The position numbers and the translations under genes were made by a program. The notes under the pieces are model-generated. The model was not told where the DNA came from, searched no databases, and worked only from the letters and a program-made list of their open reading frames with translations. Shown piece by piece: positions 37,148-45,961 of a stretch of DNA of 64,000 nucleotides. Origin of the DNA: Vicinamibacteria bacterium (GTDB taxonomy: Bacteria; Acidobacteriota; Vicinamibacteria; Marinacidobacterales; Marinacidobacteraceae). The stretch spans positions 1,632,001 to 1,696,000 of the forward strand of contig OZ219816.1 of the NCBI GenBank assembly GCA_964291235.2, in the 5' to 3' direction. The number at the start of each line of letters is the position of its first letter. Position 1 is the stretch's first letter.

Positions 37148-40100
37148 GTGCGATTTCGTCTGTTGCCGTCGTTGTTTGCCGGTGGGATCCTGATCCTGCT
37201 CTCCGTAGCCGGGACGTTCGGCCAGAGCGAGGAGGAGGCGGAGGAGAAGAAAGAAGAGACGTTGCCGCTGGCCGCCAGCGACACCCTGTCCTTCACGGTG
37301 ACCGAGGGGACCTGGATGTCCCTCGACGTCTCTCCCGACGGACAGACGATCGTCTTCGAGCTCCTCGGGGACCTCTACACGCTGCCGATCGGCGGCGGCG
37401 AGGCCACCCGGATCATCGGAGGGCTGTCCTTCGAGAGCCAGCCGGTCTTTTCTCCGGACGGCGCCGAGATCGCTTTCCTCAGCGACCGGAGCGGCGTCGA
37501 GAACCTCTGGATCGCGAACGCTGACGGGAGCGACCCCCGCGCGGTGACCAAGGACGGCCCGACCCGCGACCGGCCGCAACTGATGGTTTCCCCGAGTTGG
37601 ACCGCGGACGGCGACTACCTCCTCGTCTCGAAGTCCCGGCCTCCGGAGCGCACCGCCGCCGTCTTCCTGATCCACCGGGATGGCGGGAGCGGCGTCCGCC
37701 TCGGCGAGAAACCTCCCGAGCCCACCCCCGGAGTCTCCGGAGCCCAGCCCCCGAACCGGCTCGGCGCCGTCGCCTCGCCGGACGGCCGCTACGTCTATGT
37801 CTCCGAGCGCCGCGGCACCTTCAACTACAACGCGCAGTTTCCGATCTGGCAGGTGGTCCGCTTCGACCGCGAGACCGGTGAGGAAACCACGATCACGAGT
37901 GCGCCCGGCAGCGCGATGCGCCCGCTCCTCACCCCCGACGGGGGCCACCTCGTGTACGCCACCCGGCACCGCACCCAGACCGCCCTCCGGGTCCGCGATC
38001 TGGCCACCGGCGCGGAACGCTGGCTGGTGAACGGCGTCACCCGCGACGACCAGGAATCCCGCGCCAGTCGGGACACGATGCCCGGCTACGCCTTCACCCC
38101 CGACGGCTCGGCCCTAATCGCCACGGTGGACGGGGGTTTCCGGCGCATCGATTTCGAGACCGGCGCCATGACCGCGATCCCCTTCGAGGCGCAAGTGGAA
38201 GCCGAGATCGCGCCCCGCCTCCACTTCCCGCGCCGGGTGGACGACGGACCGACGGTCACCGCCCGGATCATCCGCTGGCCGCGGCTCGCGCCGGACGGGA
38301 GCGCGGTGGTGTTCTCGGCGTTCAGCCGGCTCTATCGCATGGACCTCCCCGGCGGGACCCCCGCCCGGCTCACCGACTCCGATGAGGACGAGTTCATGCC
38401 CGCCTGGTCACCCGATGGGAGCACCGTCGCCTATGTCACCTGGTCGAGCACGGGAGGGCACCTGAAGACGGTGCCGGCGGCCGGCGGCTCCGGCAGCGCC
38501 ATCACCTCCGACCCCGCCTTCTACGCCGAGCCCGCCTGGAATCCCGCCGGGGACGCCGTCGTGATCCGCCGGGCTCCCGTCAAGGAGCACCTCTATTCCT
38601 TTCTCCGCGCAAGCTGGGGAAAGACCGATCTCTATGCGGATGAGGACGAAATCGGCGGCATGCGTGCGGCCGAACTGAGCGAACTGCTGCTCGTCCCGGC
38701 GGCGGGCGGCGACGTCACCGTGATCGGCCCCGCCGAGGGGGGCCGCTTCCCCCACTTCACGAACGACCCGGATCGCGTCTATCTCACCGGCGCCGGCGCG
38801 GGCCTCTACTCGCTCGAGCTCGACGGCAGCGACCGGCGCACCCACCTCAAGGTGACCGGGCGCGGCGCGGGCGCCAACCCGCCGCCGGCCGGACACATCA
38901 TGCTCTCGCCCGACGGCGACCGGGCATTCTTCGAGCTGCAGAACCGCCACTACCTGGTCGAGATCCCGAGCTTCGGGAAGCAGACTCTGGAGGTCAAGGT
39001 GGGCGGCGGCGAAACGCCGGTCCCGGTCCGCGAAGTCGCGCCCGAAGGCGGTGACCACCTCGCGTGGTCGCCTTCCGGCGACGCGGTCGTGTGGTCGCTC
39101 GGCAACCGCATCTACCGTCAGGACGCCGCCGCCATCGGGGGAGAGGATGACCTCACCCCGGACACCTTCGACGCGGTGGTGACCGAGCCCCGCGCCCGCC
39201 CGAGCGGGCAGATCCTGCTGAAGGACGCCGCCCGGGTCCTCACCATGGACGGGGAGGAGATCATTGAGGGCGGAGATGTCCTGGTCGAGGACAACCGGAT
39301 TGCCGCGGTGGGGGCCGAACTCGAAGCTCCCGAGGGGGCCCGGGTCTTCGACGTGTCCGGCAAGACGGTGATGCCGGGCTACGTGGACGCCCACGCCCAC
39401 ATGTGGGCGCCCCGTGGCGTCCACCAGCGCCAAGTCTTCCAGCATCTCGCGAACCTCGCCTACGGGGTCACCACCACCCGCGATCCGCAGACCTCCACCG
39501 CCGATGTCTTCGCCTACCGCGACCTCCAGGAAATCGGGCGGATCCTGGCGCCGCGGATCTACGCCACCGGCCCCGGGATCTTCTCCCGATCGGGGGTGTA
39601 CGACGCGGACGCCGCCGACGACTTCCTGAAGCGCTACGCGGAGTCCTACGACGCGATCACCATCAAGCAGTACGTGGTTGGCGACCGCATCGTTCGCCAG
39701 TGGGTCGCGATGGCTTCGATGAAGCATCAGCTCATTCCCACCACCGAGGGCGCGCTCGACCTGAAGCTGGACCTGACCCAGATGGCCGACGGCTTCTCGG
39801 GGAACGAGCACAGTCTCCCCATCGTCCCCATCTACGACGACGTGGCCCAGTACGTGGCGCGCACCCAGACCTACTACACGCCGACCATCCTGGTCGCCTA
39901 CGGGGGCCCCTGGAGCGAGAACTACTACTTCCAGAACACCGACGTGGTGGGCGACGAGAAGCTGGCCCGGTTCATCCCCGCCGCCATCCTCGACAACATG
40001 GTCCGTCGCCGCGGCCAGTGGTTCCTCCCCGAGGAGTACGTCCACTCGGGGATCTCCGAGGGCTGCATGAAGGTGATGCGCGCGGGCGGCCGCTGCGCGC

Positions 40101-40465
40101 TCGGCAGCCACGGCCAGCTCCAGGGACTCGGCGCCCACTGGGAGATCTGGGCGCTCCAGTCGGGCGGGCTGACCGAGCACGAAACGCTCATCGCCGCCAC
40201 CTATTTCGGAGCGGAGGCGATCGGCTTCGCCGAGGACCTGGGAACGCTCGAGGCCGGCAAGCTGGCCGACATCCAGATCCTCGACGCCGATCCTCTCGCG
40301 GACATCCGCAACACGAACTCGGTCCGTTTCGTGATGCGGAACGGCGAACTGTTCGACGCGAACACCATGGCCCAGCTCTGGCCGGTGGAGCAGCCGGCGC
40401 CGGATCGGTTCTGGGTGGGTGACAACCCGCCCTCGCCGTCGAGCGGATCGGGGACGGGGCGCTGA
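37148..40465 (+). CDS. Secreted TolB/PD40 beta-propeller plus amidohydrolase fusion protein
   Basis: EGTWMSLDVSPDG--IVF-LLGDLY, multiple P--SPDG repeats, PG-VDAHAH, YGVTT--DP, HGQLQG and GKLAD. Confidence 0.92.
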   Translation: MRFRLLPSLFAGGILILLSVAGTFGQSEEEAEEKKEETLPLAASDTLSFTVTEGTWMSLDVSPDGQTIVFELLGDLYTLPIGGGEATRIIGGLSFESQPVFSPDGAEIAFLSDRSGVENLWIANADGSDPRAVTKDGPTRDRPQLMVSPSWTADGDYLLVSKSRPPERTAAVFLIHRDGGSGVRLGEKPPEPTPGVSGAQPPNRLGAVASPDGRYVYVSERRGTFNYNAQFPIWQVVRFDRETGEETTITSAPGSAMRPLLTPDGGHLVYATRHRTQTALRVRDLATGAERWLVNGVTRDDQESRASRDTMPGYAFTPDGSALIATVDGGFRRIDFETGAMTAIPFEAQVEAEIAPRLHFPRRVDDGPTVTARIIRWPRLAPDGSAVVFSAFSRLYRMDLPGGTPARLTDSDEDEFMPAWSPDGSTVAYVTWSSTGGHLKTVPAAGGSGSAITSDPAFYAEPAWNPAGDAVVIRRAPVKEHLYSFLRASWGKTDLYADEDEIGGMRAAELSELLLVPAAGGDVTVIGPAEGGRFPHFTNDPDRVYLTGAGAGLYSLELDGSDRRTHLKVTGRGAGANPPPAGHIMLSPDGDRAFFELQNRHYLVEIPSFGKQTLEVKVGGGETPVPVREVAPEGGDHLAWSPSGDAVVWSLGNRIYRQDAAAIGGEDDLTPDTFDAVVTEPRARPSGQILLKDAARVLTMDGEEIIEGGDVLVEDNRIAAVGAELEAPEGARVFDVSGKTVMPGYVDAHAHMWAPRGVHQRQVFQHLANLAYGVTTTRDPQTSTADVFAYRDLQEIGRILAPRIYATGPGIFSRSGVYDADAADDFLKRYAESYDAITIKQYVVGDRIVRQWVAMASMKHQLIPTTEGALDLKLDLTQMADGFSGNEHSLPIVPIYDDVAQYVARTQTYYTPTILVAYGGPWSENYYFQNTDVVGDEKLARFIPAAILDNMVRRRGQWFLPEEYVHSGISEGCMKVMRAGGRCALGSHGQLQGLGAHWEIWALQSGGLTEHETLIAATYFGAEAIGFAEDLGTLEAGKLADIQILDADPLADIRNTNSVRFVMRNGELFDANTMAQLWPVEQPAPDRFWVGDNPPSPSSGSGTGR

Positions 40466-40848
40466 GGGCTTTCAGCCCATCGTCCTTCGCGCGCCGATGA
40501 GCTGCGCGCGCCCCGTCCCCGATCCGCCCGGCGCTTCGCGCCGGAAATCGAAACTCCCTGGTGCGCTCGCCGCGCACTGCGGCGAGTTCCGATTTGGCGT
40601 CTTCGTCTTGTGAAAGGGGGGGTGCCCCCCCTTTCACACTTTCCCCCCGGTGTCGAGCGGTTCGGGGACGGGGCGCTGAGGGCTTTCAACCCATCGTCCT
40701 GCGCGCTCCGATGAGCTGCGCGCGCCCCGTCCCCGATCCGCCCGGCACTTCGTGCCGGAAATCGAAACTCCCTTGTGCGCTCGACGCGCACTGCGGCGAG
40801 TTCCGATTTGGCGTCTTCGTCTTGTGAAAGGGGGGTGCCCCCCTTTCA
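40438..40848. repeat. Two tandem ~210-bp hairpin-rich repeats (40438-40651 and 40652-40848)
   Basis: Near-identical copies, each with four stem-loops; copy 2 is cut after CCCCCTTTCA and its tail reappears at 49049-49073. Confidence 0.9.
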
Positions 40849-41031
40849 TCCATAGTGAATGGCTCCTGCATGTTCCCAGAAGGGCATACACGAGCCTATA
40901 GTGCAAGAACACCAAGGGATTAGGGCCTGATACCGATTCCCGTGCTGCCCGCTTCCGTCCTGCCGAAGCGCTACACTTCTCGCCGATTGCGAGGGCCAAT
41001 AGGGGGGCCTCGTCACCTCGGAGGCGGCAAT

Positions 41032-42180
41032 ATGGCGAACATGACCGCAGCAAGGGCAAAGGCCCTCAAAGAACCCGGGCGCTACGGCGCGGGCGGCGGC
41101 CTCTACCTGCGGATTCGGGCCACCAAAGTGTGGGTCCAACGCTTGACCGTCAACGGCGTCCGCCGCGACATCACCATCGGACCCTTCGACTTGGTGCCGC
41201 TCGCCGAGGCCCGCATGGTCGCCCTCCAGAACCGCCGCGCCCTGTGGGAGGGGAAGGACCCCATCGCCGAGCGCCGCCGCGGCACCGTCCCGACGTTTTC
41301 CGAAGCGGCGGAGCGGACGCTGGCGGAGCGGAGGGCGAACTGGCGGGGCGACGGGTACGCGCGGGCGTGGGAGCGGACGCTGGCGCGGTATGTCTTCCCC
41401 GCGCTCGGAGCGATGCGTGTGGACGCGATTCGCGGGGATGACGTGCTCCGGGTGCTCTTCCAGGACGACCTGTGGAACCGGAAGCCGACCACCGCCCAGC
41501 GGGTGCGCCAGCAGATCCGTACCGTGCTGGGCTGGGCGCAGGCGCGGGAGTTCGTCGAGCGGAACGTGGCGGGCGAGGCGATCGAGGGCGCGCTCCCGAA
41601 ACGGCGGCGCCGTCCGAGGAGCCATCGCGCCCTGCCGCACGCCGAGGTGCGCGAGCTGCTGGCGAAGGTCGAGGGGTCGCGGTCGCGGGCGGCGGTCCGC
41701 CTCTGCCTCCGGTTCCTGATCCTGACGGCGGCGCGCAGTGGCGAGGCGCGGGGCGCGCGCTGGTCGGAGATCGATGTGGACAACCGCACCTGGACGCTTC
41801 CCGGCGAGCGCATGAAGGCCGGGAAGGAGCACCGCGTTCCCCTGAGTCCGCAGGCGGTGGCGGTCCTGGAGCGCGCCCGCCGGTTGCGGAGCCGGAAGGG
41901 GTGCGAGCTGGTGTTCCCCGGACGTTCGGGGGATCGGGAGTTGAAGGACATGGCGCTGACGAACGCGCTGTGGGCGGCGGGGGTGGGCGAGCGTGCGACG
42001 GTTCACGGGTTCCGCTCGACGTTCAGCGACTGGAGCGCCGAGCAGGGGAACGCGCCGATGCTGGCGGAGGCGGCGCTGGCCCATACGGTCCAGGGCGTCG
42101 AAGGCGCTTATCGGCGGACCGATCTGTTCGACGAGCGAAGGCCGGTGATGGACGCTTGGGGGGAGTACGTCGGGGGGTAA
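41032..42180 (+). CDS. Tyrosine recombinase/integrase, P4-like with N-terminal arm-binding domain
   Basis: GGAGG RBS; PGRY--G-GLYL, G-DP--ERR, LTAARSGE-RGA-WSEID, MK-G-EH-VPL, HGFRSTF, LAH and AY-R. Confidence 0.95.
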   Translation: MANMTAARAKALKEPGRYGAGGGLYLRIRATKVWVQRLTVNGVRRDITIGPFDLVPLAEARMVALQNRRALWEGKDPIAERRRGTVPTFSEAAERTLAERRANWRGDGYARAWERTLARYVFPALGAMRVDAIRGDDVLRVLFQDDLWNRKPTTAQRVRQQIRTVLGWAQAREFVERNVAGEAIEGALPKRRRRPRSHRALPHAEVRELLAKVEGSRSRAAVRLCLRFLILTAARSGEARGARWSEIDVDNRTWTLPGERMKAGKEHRVPLSPQAVAVLERARRLRSRKGCELVFPGRSGDRELKDMALTNALWAAGVGERATVHGFRSTFSDWSAEQGNAPMLAEAALAHTVQGVEGAYRRTDLFDERRPVMDAWGEYVGG

Positions 42181-42434
42181 GTCCGACTCGGAGGCTACGG
42201 GGACCACCGGCTACCAGTGTCCACAGCCGCGCTCGCGGTGCTCCGCGAGCCGAGAGCGTTCGCCACCGGCTCGGAGCCGGCATTCCCCCTCGGCGCGGAC
42301 CGGCCCGCTGTTTGACGGGGCGATCTCGAGGCCGGTTCGTCAACTCGGGATCGGTGAGGTGCCGCGTCGAGCCGCCAGCTTCTCGGTGAGGAGCATCGGC
42401 GCGGTCGAGGTCCCAGGATGGTCCCCATCCCTGA

Positions 42435-42640
42435 GGCTGGCTAACGTGCTTATGCACGAGGGCCAGCATACCCATTGTGTACACAATGGGACTGGCGAGG
42501 GAGGCTGCGCCCCCCTTCGAACCCCCGGCCCTTCGCGCCGCTACGGGAGCACCGGGCGGACGGGGCGCCGCCCCCGGACCCCCGCACCGGTTGCGCTCCT
42601 GGCGGAGCGGCTGGTTGCTGACCGCCTCGCGCAGGCGGAC
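42435..42640 (-). other. oriT-like element, copy 1
   Basis: Perfect 20-bp palindrome CCCATTGTGTACACAATGGG (42471-42490) followed on the minus strand by TATGCTGGC; inverted homolog of 45603-45810. Confidence 0.5.
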
Positions 42641-42751
42641 CAAGCGCCCTCTGATCACCCCGGTGGACCGCGACCCGGCGAACCCGTTCGGGGTCCACCA
42701 CATGCGCTGTCTTTCCTGCACGGGGGTCCTCGAAGTACGACCGGCTGCGAG

Positions 42752-43771
42752 TCAGATGCGCGGTCCCCGGAGTACGGGGTCGCGGCGGAGACGGTCGAGC
42801 GCCTGCTGTTGCAATTGCCGCGCCCGCTCCGTGCTGACGTGGAGGCTCCGTCCGACTTCGGCAAGGCTGGATTCTTGGCCGTCCGCAAGGCCGAATCGCA
42901 TCTCCAGGAGGTGTCGGAGGCGCTCCGGCAAGTGAGAGAGGGCGACGCGCAGACGCCGCCACTGCTCGGTACCGGCCGCGGTCTCGCACGGATCCGGGGA
43001 CCCGGGATCCGGAAGCGACAGAACCCACGGGAGGCCGTTCGTAGCGGGGGACGTGTCGAGCGACTCGATGTCGGATACCAGAACGATCGTGGAGCGCAGT
43101 TGCTCGACGCTGACTCCCAGCTCTCGAGCTGCGTGTTCGGTCGTGTGGGGCGGGCGTCTATCCCCCGTGCAACACGCGTTGCCAGACCGTTGTTCCTCGT
43201 GTGCCTCCACCTCGCAGGCGTGCCGCCGGAGCTCAAGGCGGCGTAAGGGAATACGAATCGTCCTCGACTGTTGGGAGAGCGCCCGGCAGATCGTCTGGCG
43301 AATCCACCCAGCGGCGTAGGCGCAGAAACTCCGGCCCGGCTTCGGTTCGAACCGACGGGCCGCGTGCAGGAGTCCGAGGTTGCCCTCCTGGATGAGGTCG
43401 CCGAGTGGCAGTCCGAGGTTCCGGTAGCTCTTCGCGATGGTGACGACGAGGCCCAGGTTGCTCTCGACCATCCGCTCACGGCCGAACTCGCCGTTGAACT
43501 GTTTGCGGGGGGCGGCGTAAATGCCATCCGGATCGGTTGCCCCGTCCGGTCGCGGGGCGCGTCGGCACCGCCGGGGCTCACTCCCGCGGAACCGGCGATG
43601 CCGGCGCCCGTCCTGGACGTAGAGCGCTATCAAATCCAGATCGGCTTGCCCGTGCGCCTCCGCGTCCGTTTCGCTCGGTGCGCGTGCTTCGCACGAGAGG
43701 CGCTCTTCTCCGGGTTCCTCCGCGTCATACGCGAGGTCTGGGTGTTCCCACTCAGAGTTCGGAGTCGCCAT
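42752..43771 (-). CDS. Divergent RpoD/RpoS-type sigma-70 factor
   Basis: Region 2 ESNLGLVV-IAK-Y---GL---DLIQEGNLGL--A--RF and WIRQ-I-RAL----RTIRIP; region 4 RFGL------SL-EVG--L-VS-ER-RQ. Confidence 0.88.
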   Translation of the reverse strand: MATPNSEWEHPDLAYDAEEPGEERLSCEARAPSETDAEAHGQADLDLIALYVQDGRRHRRFRGSEPRRCRRAPRPDGATDPDGIYAAPRKQFNGEFGRERMVESNLGLVVTIAKSYRNLGLPLGDLIQEGNLGLLHAARRFEPKPGRSFCAYAAGWIRQTICRALSQQSRTIRIPLRRLELRRHACEVEAHEEQRSGNACCTGDRRPPHTTEHAARELGVSVEQLRSTIVLVSDIESLDTSPATNGLPWVLSLPDPGSPDPCETAAGTEQWRRLRVALSHLPERLRHLLEMRFGLADGQESSLAEVGRSLHVSTERARQLQQQALDRLRRDPVLRGPRI

Positions 43772-43846
43772 GACAGCCTCTTCGTGGAGCGTCCGGCCGG
43801 AACGCCTTCCCTGGATCAGACAAGGATGTTTTGTGCCCGAATGAAC

Positions 43847-44242
43847 TCAGCTCGGCTGCTTCGAGACAGAGGTGGTCTCGGCGCGGAGGGCCGGGCTGAC
43901 GGCCAACCCGTAGCCGATGGAGTTCCACAGGGAAATCGCGAGCCAAAAGCCAACGTCGTGGAGAATCCCGAGCGGTTCACCCAACAGAACGCCCCAGTAG
44001 TTGTGGACGACGATGGCAAAAGCGCCGGCCAAACCAACGGCGAGAACGGCTCCGATGCCGGCGCTCACGAGGACGGGAGGCTCTGGCCGTGTCTTCAGCC
44101 ACCCGCCGATCGACGACCAAACCAGGGTGCCGACCAGAGTGCCCGCAAACATCGTAGTCGCCGCAACAACGGCGTCGGGAAGGACTCCACGGATTTCCGA
44201 AGCGCCTTCGAAGAGCACGAAGGCGAAGACGCCGGCAGCCAT
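43847..44242 (-). CDS. Small multi-pass membrane protein
   Basis: About four hydrophobic segments; co-oriented directly downstream of the peptide genes; start uncertain. Confidence 0.6.
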   Translation of the reverse strand: MAAGVFAFVLFEGASEIRGVLPDAVVAATTMFAGTLVGTLVWSSIGGWLKTRPEPPVLVSAGIGAVLAVGLAGAFAIVVHNYWGVLLGEPLGILHDVGFWLAISLWNSIGYGLAVSPALRAETTSVSKQPS

Positions 44243-44277
44243 CCCGCCGCTAAACGCTGCAACCTTCCGTTGTGACC

Positions 44278-44613
44278 CTAGATATTGCACTGGGAGATCT
44301 CCTCGTCCCGAATCCGGCGGCACTCGTCCTTCCGTTCCTGGTGCCGGGCGTGCACTTCCAGGAGGCATTGTTCGATGCGGCGCGGAAGGATGCGCCGCTT
44401 GCAGCGCGCGGCCTCCGCAAGGGAGTCCGCCTGCGCCTGATCTTCGCAGGCGTCGGCCCTCTCGATTGCCTCATCAATGCAGCAGGTGGCACCGGCAGAG
44501 ACGACCACAGCGTGCATGAAGGCAAAGGTGAAAACGATGAGGACGCCGAGACCTCTCGAAGCAGGAGGCGTCGTCGCGCGACGACGATGAGGCAAACGGA
44601 CTAGATGTTGCAT
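44278..44613 (-). CDS. Secreted Cys-rich helical peptide 1 (C-CX10CX14CX11CX14CX10C-NI)
   Basis: Hydrophobic leader ending MHAVVVSAGA-TCC; paralog of 44601-44870; start overlaps the upstream stop. Confidence 0.75.
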   Translation of the reverse strand: MQHLVRLPHRRRATTPPASRGLGVLIVFTFAFMHAVVVSAGATCCIDEAIERADACEDQAQADSLAEAARCKRRILPRRIEQCLLEVHARHQERKDECRRIRDEEISQCNI

Positions 44614-44870
44614 TCTCTCATCTCTCGATCTCGAATCTGGCGGCACTCCGCCTTCCGCTCGTTTAGCCTGTCGAGCGCTCTCTGCCGACACGCGTTGTCA
44701 GTGATTCCGCACCGCTGAGCTGCAACGATGGCATCGTATTCCGCCTTGTCGATGCAGTAGTCGTACCTCTCCAGCACGCGGTCAAGGCAGCAGGTCGCGC
44801 CGGCGAGCCCGATGACCGCGTGCATGATGACGAAGGCGATGGCGAGGAGGAGTCGGGAACCGGGGTTCAT
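44601..44870 (-). CDS. Secreted Cys-rich helical peptide 2 (C-CX10CX14CX6CX14CX10C-NI)
   Basis: 89 aa; leader ending MHAVIGLAGA-TCC; shares ERK-ECR-IRD-E---CNI with peptide 1. Confidence 0.8.
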   Translation of the reverse strand: MNPGSRLLLAIAFVIMHAVIGLAGATCCLDRVLERYDYCIDKAEYDAIVAAQRCGITDNACRQRALDRLNERKAECRQIRDREMRECNI

Positions 44871-44916
44871 CTGTCTTGCCTTCGCCGTAGATCCTCCAAA
44901 CACGGGACTTGGCACT

Positions 44917-45315
44917 TCAGCGCTCCAGGATGTCCGTCAGCAGCACCCGCAGGTGCTTAGCGTCCCGACTCCGGCTCTCCTCCATTTCGAGGCGCCACCG
45001 CTTGAGCTGTTCCTCGGAGGCGCCGGCACCGCGAAACGCGGCGAGCACGCGCGCGTCCGAGTCCTCCTCGATTCGACGAGCCTGCCCAACGTGAAGAGCG
45101 ACATGCTCCTTGAGGCCGAGTGCGGAATGGCCGGCCACGGACTGGCCGGCCGGTCCGACGAGTTCCAGCGGTGCGTGGCTCGGTGCCGGAACCGGAGCAG
45201 TAGGAGCGTCCCCCGCGGGGCCGGCCGCCGGAGGGATCACCGGAGTGTCACAGGCCAGCGCGATTGCGACCGCGGCCAGGGGAATCACGGCCAGGTGGAT
45301 GGGTCGTAGTCTCAT
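44917..45315 (-). CDS. Hypothetical lipoprotein
   Basis: MRLRPIHLAVIPLAAVAIALAC lipobox-like leader and Pro-rich linker. Confidence 0.55.
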   Translation of the reverse strand: MRLRPIHLAVIPLAAVAIALACDTPVIPPAAGPAGDAPTAPVPAPSHAPLELVGPAGQSVAGHSALGLKEHVALHVGQARRIEEDSDARVLAAFRGAGASEEQLKRWRLEMEESRSRDAKHLRVLLTDILER

Positions 45316-45602
45316 GCCAATTACGTTCAACACGCCGGAGCACATCTTTCAAGGGGCAAATGTCGGCTTCCTTGACTTGGCGGAGGGAAGGAGAGCGAAA
45401 CGCGGAGCGCAGACGGTCGGATAGCAAGCTCCGATCGCCCCGGGCTCGCGCGATTCGCGGCAATTTGGGCCGCCTATGTCCCGCGGCAGCGCCGTAATGC
45501 CCGCTGGCCGCGGAAGGGGCCACGTCGCCGCCCACGACCCCGTTGGCCCGCTCCTCGACGTTGGGGACCCGGAGGGCCTCCGCCGGGCCGGAGGCGGCCT
45601 GT

Positions 45603-45810
45603 GCCGCCCGCGGGAGGCGGTCAGCAACCGCAGCGGTGCGCCGCTCCGCCGGGAGCGCACCGGTGCGGGGGTCCGGGGGCAGTGCTCCCGTCCGCTCGGT
45701 GCTCCCGCAGCGGCGCGATTGGCCGGGGGTTCGAAGGGGGGCGCAGCATCCCCTCGCCAGAGCCCAGTGTTTCACACTGGGTAGGCTGGCCTAGCATCAA
45801 GTGGCCAGCC
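45603..45810 (+). other. oriT-like element, copy 2
   Basis: GGGGTTCGAAGGGGGGCGCAGC...CTCGCCAG, hairpin CCCAGTGT-TTC-ACACTGGG (45763-45781), then TAGGCTGGC and a second hairpin. Confidence 0.5.
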
Positions 45811-45961
45811 GGCTGTGGCGCTCTCATCGGCCGTAGTGGCCTTGGTGAGAACCGTCGCCAAGGCGCACGAAGGGCGCTGCTGTGGTCATGCTCGCTACCG
45901 CGAACGAGGGTGCCCGTGCCGCTCCAGCATACGCCCAACCGCGAAGCAGGGGGGAATACAA

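Noticed and set aside
40438-40848. Possible CRISPR array
   Set aside because: Only two ~210-bp units, no short repeat/unique spacer alternation and no cas genes
40849-41030. tRNA or tmRNA at the integrase attachment site
   Set aside because: No cloverleaf or T-loop/CCA arrangement recognisable at either island end
44278-44870. Classical RiPP (lanthipeptide/ranthipeptide) precursors
   Set aside because: Sec-type hydrophobic leaders and no modifying enzymes or peptidase-ABC exporter nearby
45725-45750. GGTTCGAA as a tRNA T-loop
   Set aside because: Flanks do not form a T-arm or acceptor stem; it is part of the oriT-like repeat
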